Part shown: piece by piece, positions 58,771-64,000 of the stretch
Position numbering within the stretch: position 1 is the stretch's first letter
Layout of the letters: the number at the start of each line of letters is the position of its first letter
DNA from: Halomonas sp.
Lineage (GTDB): Bacteria > Pseudomonadota > Gammaproteobacteria > Pseudomonadales > Halomonadaceae
Length of the DNA: 64,000 nucleotides
Assembly (NCBI RefSeq): GCF_003553625.1
Contig: NZ_PWEV01000097.1
Strand: one strand, 5' to 3'
Position numbers and translations under genes: made by a program
The notes under the pieces: model-generated
Seen by the model: only the letters and a program-made list of their open reading frames with translations
Databases searched by the model: none
What the model was told of the DNA's origin: nothing

Positions 58771-59724
58771 CTAATCGCCGCCGTTCACCTGCCTGTCCAG
58801 GAAGGCGAGCCCGGCATCGATGGCTCCGCCGCGGGTCAGGAAGCTGAGGAAGTGACCGCGGCCGTGCTGGAGATAGAGCTCGTTCTCCACTCCGCGGGCC
58901 TCGAGCTCGGCCCGAAAGTCGGTGGCGTGGTCGAGGGGGACCAGGCGGTCCCAGGTGCCGTGGAACAGGAAGAAGGGGGGAGCGCCGGGCCGGACCTGGC
59001 GGGCCGGTGAAGCGAGCGCATACTGTTTGGGGACTTCGGCGCGGGTGCCACCCAGGAAATCGACCACCAGCCTGCCGTCGGGAAACTTGAACAGGTCGCT
59101 GGGAATGCCTCCCGCCACCACGGCGGCGAGCCGGGCGTGGTCGCCACCGTGGGGAGCGGCCAGCGGTCCTTCCGCGCCGGTCAGGGCCAGCAGGCTGACC
59201 AGATGGGCACCCGACGAGAAGCCCACGCCCACGATGCGATCGGTGTCCACGCGCCACGCTTCGGCATTGGCGTGGATCCAGGCCATGGCCTGCTGGAGGT
59301 CGTGAAGCTGCGCGGGGAAACGGTGCTCCGGGGCGAAGCGGTGTTCGATATTGACGGTGACATAGCCGCGTGAGGCCAGCTGCTCGGCGATGCCGGCCAT
59401 GTCCTCCGGACCGCGATTCTGCCAGCCGCCGCCGTGGACCAGCAGGGCGGCGGGTCGCAGCGCGTCACTCCCTGACCGCGGCAGCAGCACGTCGGCGTGA
59501 AGAGAGCTGGGCCAGTCGGGCGGGGTGTAGGTCAGCTCGGATAGCGCGTCGAAGGCCAGCGCCGCAGCCGCAGGGGCGGCCTGCGACGTCGGGACGGAGC
59601 GTTCGCCGAGGTGGGTGGCGCCGCAGCCGGTCAGCAGCATGCCCCCCAGCAGCAGGAACGCTCCCCAGCGGCGCGGATGCCGGCGGGCCAACGGGCGCTG
59701 CTCAGGCCTTTTCGGCCAGCGCAT
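58771..59724 (-). CDS. Alpha/beta hydrolase lipoprotein (HSL/family IV esterase-like)
   Basis: Lipobox LTGC, HGGGW, GFSSG nucleophile elbow, HGTWD, C-terminal GH. Confidence 0.85.
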   Translation of the reverse strand: MRWPKRPEQRPLARRHPRRWGAFLLLGGMLLTGCGATHLGERSVPTSQAAPAAAALAFDALSELTYTPPDWPSSLHADVLLPRSGSDALRPAALLVHGGGWQNRGPEDMAGIAEQLASRGYVTVNIEHRFAPEHRFPAQLHDLQQAMAWIHANAEAWRVDTDRIVGVGFSSGAHLVSLLALTGAEGPLAAPHGGDHARLAAVVAGGIPSDLFKFPDGRLVVDFLGGTRAEVPKQYALASPARQVRPGAPPFFLFHGTWDRLVPLDHATDFRAELEARGVENELYLQHGRGHFLSFLTRGGAIDAGLAFLDRQVNGGD

Positions 59725-60448
59725 CGCGGGGCTCCTCCGTTGGCAGGTTGGCCAGGCGCTTCACCATCGCCTCCACCATGCGCGAGGAGTGAGTCGCGGC
59801 CTGCTCCAGGAACGCCTCGAAGGAGAGGTGATTGTCGCCGCCGCCGGCGATGTCGGAGAGGGCGCGGATCACCACGAAGGGGCAGTCGTAGAGCAGACAG
59901 GTCTGGGCGATGGCCGCGGCCTCCATCTCGGCGGCGAGCATGGTGGGCAGGCGCCGGCGGGTCTGCTCCACCAGATTGGGGCAGGCCATGAAGACGTCGC
60001 CGGTGGCGATCAGCCCCTCCACGACGTTGACCTCGCCCAGCGACTCCACGCACTCGCGGGCGATGGCCACCAGGCGAGGGTCGGGCAGGTAGGCGGCCGG
60101 CATCTGCGGCACCTGGCCGTGCTCGTAGCCGAACACCACGGCGTCCACGTCGTGATGCCTCACCTCGCTCGAGATCACCACGTCGCCGATCTGGAGGCCC
60201 TTCCCGAAGCCCCCGGCGGAGCCGGTATTGATCACCGCATCGGGTTGGTAGATATCCAGCAGCAGGGTGGTGCCCACCGCGGCATTCACCTTGCCGATGC
60301 CTGACTGCAGGATCACCACCTCGACGCCGTGCAGCAGGCCGCTGTGGAACGTGGAGCCCACATGGGTGCGGGTCTGGCGCCCCTCCAGCAGCGAAGCGAG
60401 GTGCTCCACCTCCTGGGCCATGGCGCCGATGATGCCGATGCGTTTCAT
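59702..60448 (-). CDS. mtnN: 5'-methylthioadenosine/S-adenosylhomocysteine nucleosidase
   Basis: [39 protein letters not shown]. Confidence 0.96.
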   Translation of the reverse strand: MKRIGIIGAMAQEVEHLASLLEGRQTRTHVGSTFHSGLLHGVEVVILQSGIGKVNAAVGTTLLLDIYQPDAVINTGSAGGFGKGLQIGDVVISSEVRHHDVDAVVFGYEHGQVPQMPAAYLPDPRLVAIARECVESLGEVNVVEGLIATGDVFMACPNLVEQTRRRLPTMLAAEMEAAAIAQTCLLYDCPFVVIRALSDIAGGGDNHLSFEAFLEQAATHSSRMVEAMVKRLANLPTEEPRDALAEKA

Positions 60449-60912
60449 GCGAATACCTGAGTCCATTCGTTGCGCCTGGCCAGGAAGCCCTGGGCGATCT
60501 CCTTGGCGCCTTCCAGGCTATGGCTGGCCGCCCAGCCACACTGCATCTCGTTGCAGGCCGGTACCTCCGTCGCCACCAGGATGTCCTCGAGAGTCTTCTC
60601 GAGCAGCGTCAGAACGCCGTCAAGATCATCATGGTTGATCATGGCCACATAGAAACCGGTCTGGCAGCCCATGGGGCTGATGTCGACCACCTTGTCGGAG
60701 TGGTTGCGGGACAGCTCGGCCATCAGGTGCTCCAGGGAGTGCAGCGCCGGCATCTCCATGTGTGCCTGATTGGGCTGGCAGATACGCATGTCGTACTTGT
60801 GGATGGTGTCGCCATTCTCGCCGGTCTTGATGTCGGCGAGGCGAACGTAGGGTGCCTTCACCTTGGTGTGATCGAGGTTGAAGCTCTCGACATTCATCGT
60901 CTTGTCGCTCAT
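60445..60912 (-). CDS. luxS: S-ribosylhomocysteine lyase
   Basis: [33 protein letters not shown]. Confidence 0.96.
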   Translation of the reverse strand: MSDKTMNVESFNLDHTKVKAPYVRLADIKTGENGDTIHKYDMRICQPNQAHMEMPALHSLEHLMAELSRNHSDKVVDISPMGCQTGFYVAMINHDDLDGVLTLLEKTLEDILVATEVPACNEMQCGWAASHSLEGAKEIAQGFLARRNEWTQVFA

Positions 60913-60968
60913 GGCGGCGTCCTTGTGTCGCGTGTTGAGGGTCTGACCCCGGAACGTGAAAGGTGGTT

Positions 60969-61832
60969 TCACGCCTGGCCGGCATCGTGCATGTCGGCGG
61001 CCTGCAGGGTGTTCTCGAGCAGGGTGGCCACGGTCATCGGGCCGACGCCACCGGGGACAGGGGTGATCCAGCTGGCGCGTTCGGCGGCGGTGGTGAAGTC
61101 CACATCACCCACCAGCCGGCCGTCCTCCAGGCGGTTGATGCCCACGTCGATGACGATGGCGCCCTCCCTGACCCACTCGCCCTTGACCAGCCCCGGCTTG
61201 CCGACGGCCACCACCAGCAGTTCGGCGCGGCGCACGTGCTCCTCGAGATTGCGGGTGAAGCGGTGGCAGACAGTGGTGGTGCAGCCGGCCAGCATCAGCT
61301 CCAGCGCCATGGGACGGCCGACGATGTTGGAGGCGCCGACCACGGTGGCGTCCAGACCGCGCACCTTGAGGTCGGACTGCTCGAGGAGCGACATGATCCC
61401 CTTGGGGGTACAGGGACGCAGCATGGGCTGTCGCTGGGCCAGGCGGCCGAGGTTGTAGGGGTGAAAGCCGTCCACGTCCTTGTCGGGACGAATGCGCTCG
61501 AGGATCGGCCGGGCATCGAGATGGGCGGGCAGGGGCAGCTGAACGAGAATGCCGTCCACCGCCGGGTCGTCGTTGAGCCTGTCCACCAGGGCTTCGAGCT
61601 GCTGCTGGGTGGTCTCGGCGGGCAGCGCATGACGGAAGGATTCGATGCCGGCCTCCACGCAGGCGCTATGCTTCTTGCGCACATAGACCGCCGAGGCAGG
61701 ATCCTCGCCAACCAACACCACGGCGAGCCCCGGCGCACGGGCCCCGGCGTCGCGACGTGCCTTGACCTGGCGTGCGACCTGCTGGCGGACTCGGGCGGCT
61801 ATGGACTTGCCATCGATCAGTTGGGCGGACAT
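60969..61832 (-). CDS. folD: Methylenetetrahydrofolate dehydrogenase/cyclohydrolase
   Basis: [39 protein letters not shown]. Confidence 0.97.
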   Translation of the reverse strand: MSAQLIDGKSIAARVRQQVARQVKARRDAGARAPGLAVVLVGEDPASAVYVRKKHSACVEAGIESFRHALPAETTQQQLEALVDRLNDDPAVDGILVQLPLPAHLDARPILERIRPDKDVDGFHPYNLGRLAQRQPMLRPCTPKGIMSLLEQSDLKVRGLDATVVGASNIVGRPMALELMLAGCTTTVCHRFTRNLEEHVRRAELLVVAVGKPGLVKGEWVREGAIVIDVGINRLEDGRLVGDVDFTTAAERASWITPVPGGVGPMTVATLLENTLQAADMHDAGQA

Positions 61833-61960
61833 CGCGCTTCCTCTGGTGGATGTATGGGCAGGGCAGGTGCGAGGCCTGCCCGTGAACGAAGAAGGCGTGA
61901 TTTTCGCATGCCGCGCCGGCGAAACAAAGCGCGGTACCGCAACGACGGTGGTCCAGGTGC

Positions 61961-61988
61961 TTGACCGCAGGAGAAAGTCACGTAGAAT
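61961..61988 (+). promoter_or_regulatory. Sigma70 promoter for the tRNA cluster
   Basis: TTGACC-16 bp-TAGAAT upstream of tRNA-Pro. Confidence 0.7.
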
Positions 61989-62040
61989 ACGCATCGCTCG
62001 ACAATGCCCCTGCGGCGGCGTCAGGCGAGTTGGATCGCAA

Positions 62041-62117
62041 CGGAGTGTAGCGCAGCCTGGTAGCGCGCCTGCTTTGGGAGCAGGATGTCGGGGGTTCGAA
62101 TCCCTCCACTCCGACCA
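62041..62117 (+). tRNA. tRNA-Pro(TGG)
   Basis: CGGAGTGTAGCGCAGCCTGG...CCTGC-TTTGGGA-GCAGG...GGTTCGAATCC...GACCA. Confidence 0.96.
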
Positions 62118-62185
62118 CAACCTATTGAATAATTTATATAAATAGGATCTCGTGGGTTGCGAAAAAGCTGCCTGAAGAGTAGAAT

Positions 62186-62262
62186 GCGCCCATAGCTCAA
62201 TCGGATAGAGCAACGGCCTTCTAAGCCGTAGGTTGCAGGTTCGAGTCCTGCTGGGCGCGCCA
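62186..62262 (+). tRNA. tRNA-Arg(TCT)
   Basis: GCGCCCATAGCTCAATCGGATAGAGC ACGGC-CTTCTAA-GCCGT...GGTTCGAGTCC...GCCA. Confidence 0.96.
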
Positions 62263-62306
62263 TCTGCGGCGCGGTGGCAGATTCAGGTTTGAGCAGCGGT
62301 CGATAT

Positions 62307-62382
62307 GGTGGGTGTAGCTCAGTGGTAGAGCCCCGGATTGTGACTCCGGTGGTCGTGGGTTCGAACCCCATCATCCACCCCA
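62307..62382 (+). tRNA. tRNA-His(GTG) copy 1
   Basis: G-1, CCGGA-TTGTGAC-TCCGG anticodon arm, ends CCCA. Confidence 0.95.
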
Positions 62383-62405
62383 CTTCGACAGGCCCTCAAT
62401 GCAGC

Positions 62406-62481
62406 GGTGGATGTAGCTCAGTGGTAGAGCCCCGGATTGTGACTCCGGTGGTCGTGGGTTCGATCCCCATCATCCACCCCA
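62406..62481 (+). tRNA. tRNA-His(GTG) copy 2
   Basis: Near-identical tandem copy with two substitutions. Confidence 0.95.
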
Positions 62482-62770
62482 ATATTTGATGATCTCCCAT
62501 CGTTCTCGACGCATTATCATTGTTTACTACCTGTCCTGACGCGGGCTCCACGAGCCGGCGATTTTTGCGTTTCCGGTCGTCTCTGCTCGTTTGTGATCGA
62601 TGCCGGCTGCGCTTGATGTCGGCCGGGCTGGCCAAACTGCTCTTGTAAAAGCTCCCGAAGTCCCCATCAATGTGGCATGGCGCTTGCCAGTGCCGGGCGG
62701 GATTCATAAAATCCCACCCTTGGTCTTTTTACTCTTCAATACAACGCCCCCAGTCGGTAGAGGACATTTC

Positions 62771-64000
62771 ATGCAAGTTTCCGTCGATACGACCTCCCAG
62801 ATCGAACGCCGCATCACCCTCCAGGTGCCGGCCGCCGAGATCGACGAGGCCGTCAATGCCCGTCTCAAGGATGCCGCCAAGAATGTTCGCATCGACGGCT
62901 TCCGCAAGGGCAAGGTGCCGATGTCGGTGATCCGTCAGCGCTACGGCCACGACGTGCGCAACGAGGTGGTGGGCGAAGTGATGCGCGAGCGCTACGTGCG
63001 CGCCATCTCGGAGAACGAACTCAACCCGGCGGGCTTCCCCCAGATCGAGCCCACCGTCAACGAGGCGGGCAAGGATCTCGAGTTTGTCGCGACACTGGAA
63101 GTCTATCCGGAGTTTGACCTGGCCCCCATCGAGGGTGTCGAGGTGGAGCGCCCGGTGGTCGAGGTGGTCGAGTCCGACGTCGATGAGATGATCGAGACCC
63201 TGCGCAAGCAGAATGCCGGCTGGGAAGAGGTCGATCGTGCCGCCGAGGATGGCGACCAGGTGACCCTCGACTTCCAGGGCTTCCTGGGCGATGAACCCTT
63301 CGAGGGCGGCAGCGCCGAAGGCCACTCTCTGGTACTGGGCTCCGGCAGTTTCATCCCGGGCTTCGAGGAGCAGCTGGTGGGCGCCGTGGCCGGCGAGGAG
63401 AAGGAGATCAAGGTCACCTTCCCTGAGGATTACCAGGCCGAGCATCTGGCCGGTCAGGAGGCGACCTTCAAGGTCAAGCTCCATACCGTGCAGGGCCAGG
63501 CCATGCCCGAAGTGGATGCCGAATTCGTGAAGAAGTTTGGCGTCGAGGATGGTGATCTCGACAGGTTCCGCGCCGAGGTCAAGAAGAACATGACCCGCGA
63601 AGCCGAGCAGGCCGTCGACAACCGGGTCAAGCAGCAGGTGCTGGCCGCGCTGCAGAAGGTCAACGAGATTCCGGTGCCGCAGTCGCTGGTTCAGCAGGAG
63701 ACCGACGGCCTCAAACGCCAGGCGGCCCAGCAGTTCGGCCTGGGCGAGGACTTCGATGTCTCCCAGCTGCCCGACGAGCTGTTCGCCGAACAGGCCAAGG
63801 GCCGCGTCCAGGTCGGCCTGCTGCTGGCCGAGGTGATCAAGTCCGGTGAGCTCGATGCCACCGACGACGAGATTCGTGCCAAGGTCGAAGAGCTCGCCGA
63901 GCAGTACCAGGAGCCGTCCCAGGTGGTCGAATACTACATGGGCAACGATCAGATGAAGACCCAGGTCAAGTCTGCCATCCTCGAAGAGAAGGCCGTCGAC
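62771..64000 (+). CDS. tig: Trigger factor (runs off the window end)
   Basis: MQVSVDTTSQIERRITL...DGFRKGKVP ribosome-binding motif; FKBP domain (DF.G...EPFEGG, FIPGFEEQL). Confidence 0.96.
   Translation, partial: MQVSVDTTSQIERRITLQVPAAEIDEAVNARLKDAAKNVRIDGFRKGKVPMSVIRQRYGHDVRNEVVGEVMRERYVRAISENELNPAGFPQIEPTVNEAGKDLEFVATLEVYPEFDLAPIEGVEVERPVVEVVESDVDEMIETLRKQNAGWEEVDRAAEDGDQVTLDFQGFLGDEPFEGGSAEGHSLVLGSGSFIPGFEEQLVGAVAGEEKEIKVTFPEDYQAEHLAGQEATFKVKLHTVQGQAMPEVDAEFVKKFGVEDGDLDRFRAEVKKNMTREAEQAVDNRVKQQVLAALQKVNEIPVPQSLVQQETDGLKRQAAQQFGLGEDFDVSQLPDELFAEQAKGRVQVGLLLAEVIKSGELDATDDEIRAKVEELAEQYQEPSQVVEYYMGNDQMKTQVKSAILEEKAVD

Noticed and set aside
62157-62185. TTGCGA-17-TAGAAT promoter for tRNA-Arg
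   Set aside because: The -10 hexamer abuts the first tRNA base, so a transcript would start inside the tRNA; not supportable as its promoter
1-64000. Many long alternative-frame or antisense ORFs (e.g. 1745..2656, 5756..7078, 10903..12177, 13554..14813, 27057..28745, 54635..56599)
   Set aside because: They overlap well-supported genes and have no recognisable motifs; expected shadows of GC-rich codon usage

Overview
GC-rich gammaproteobacterial chromosome segment. Gene content and protein style suggest Halomonadaceae (Halomonas-like); this is an inference. Most of the window is core genes: comEA, pyrF, lapB-lapA-ihfB, sdhE-ygfX, nadB, tRNA Gly-Cys-Leu behind pgsA-uvrC-uvrY/gacA, tRNA-Ala, argF, grxD, rnt, argG, a LiuR-controlled branched-chain acyl-CoA cluster, pyrC, folD-luxS-mtnN, tRNA Pro-Arg-His-His and a partial tig. 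Two regions stand out. (1) At 15.4-22.0 kb is a signalling module with no transcription-factor output: a stand-alone receiver, a membrane-anchored PAS/pseudo-histidine-kinase fused to an intact DEDDh nuclease domain, a small 2-TM protein, an SLC5 transporter-histidine kinase fusion, and a convergent GlnD-like DUF294 nucleotidyltransferase. It is a candidate writer/eraser nucleotidylation system. (2) At 30.2-54.3 kb is an ops-preceded polysaccharide locus (wza, wzc, wzy-like, PglF/E/C-like genes, PglK-like ABC flippase, no wzx or wzb). It contains an AT-rich cassette bracketed by IS630 and IS5 remnants that encodes a ParB/Srx-like protein, a P-loop kinase, an acyltransferase and a probable HAD+phosphoribosyltransferase ribofuranosyltransferase, followed by TagD/TagF-like and ATP-grasp genes. 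Smaller oddities are a 4x13-bp GGA-rich tandem array near gacA, a G10 tract that removes the catalytic His of NadB, and a Helicobacter/Staphylococcus-type LuxS. No CRISPR array, prophage or intact mobile element was seen. All calls are by eye from motifs; no searches were run.
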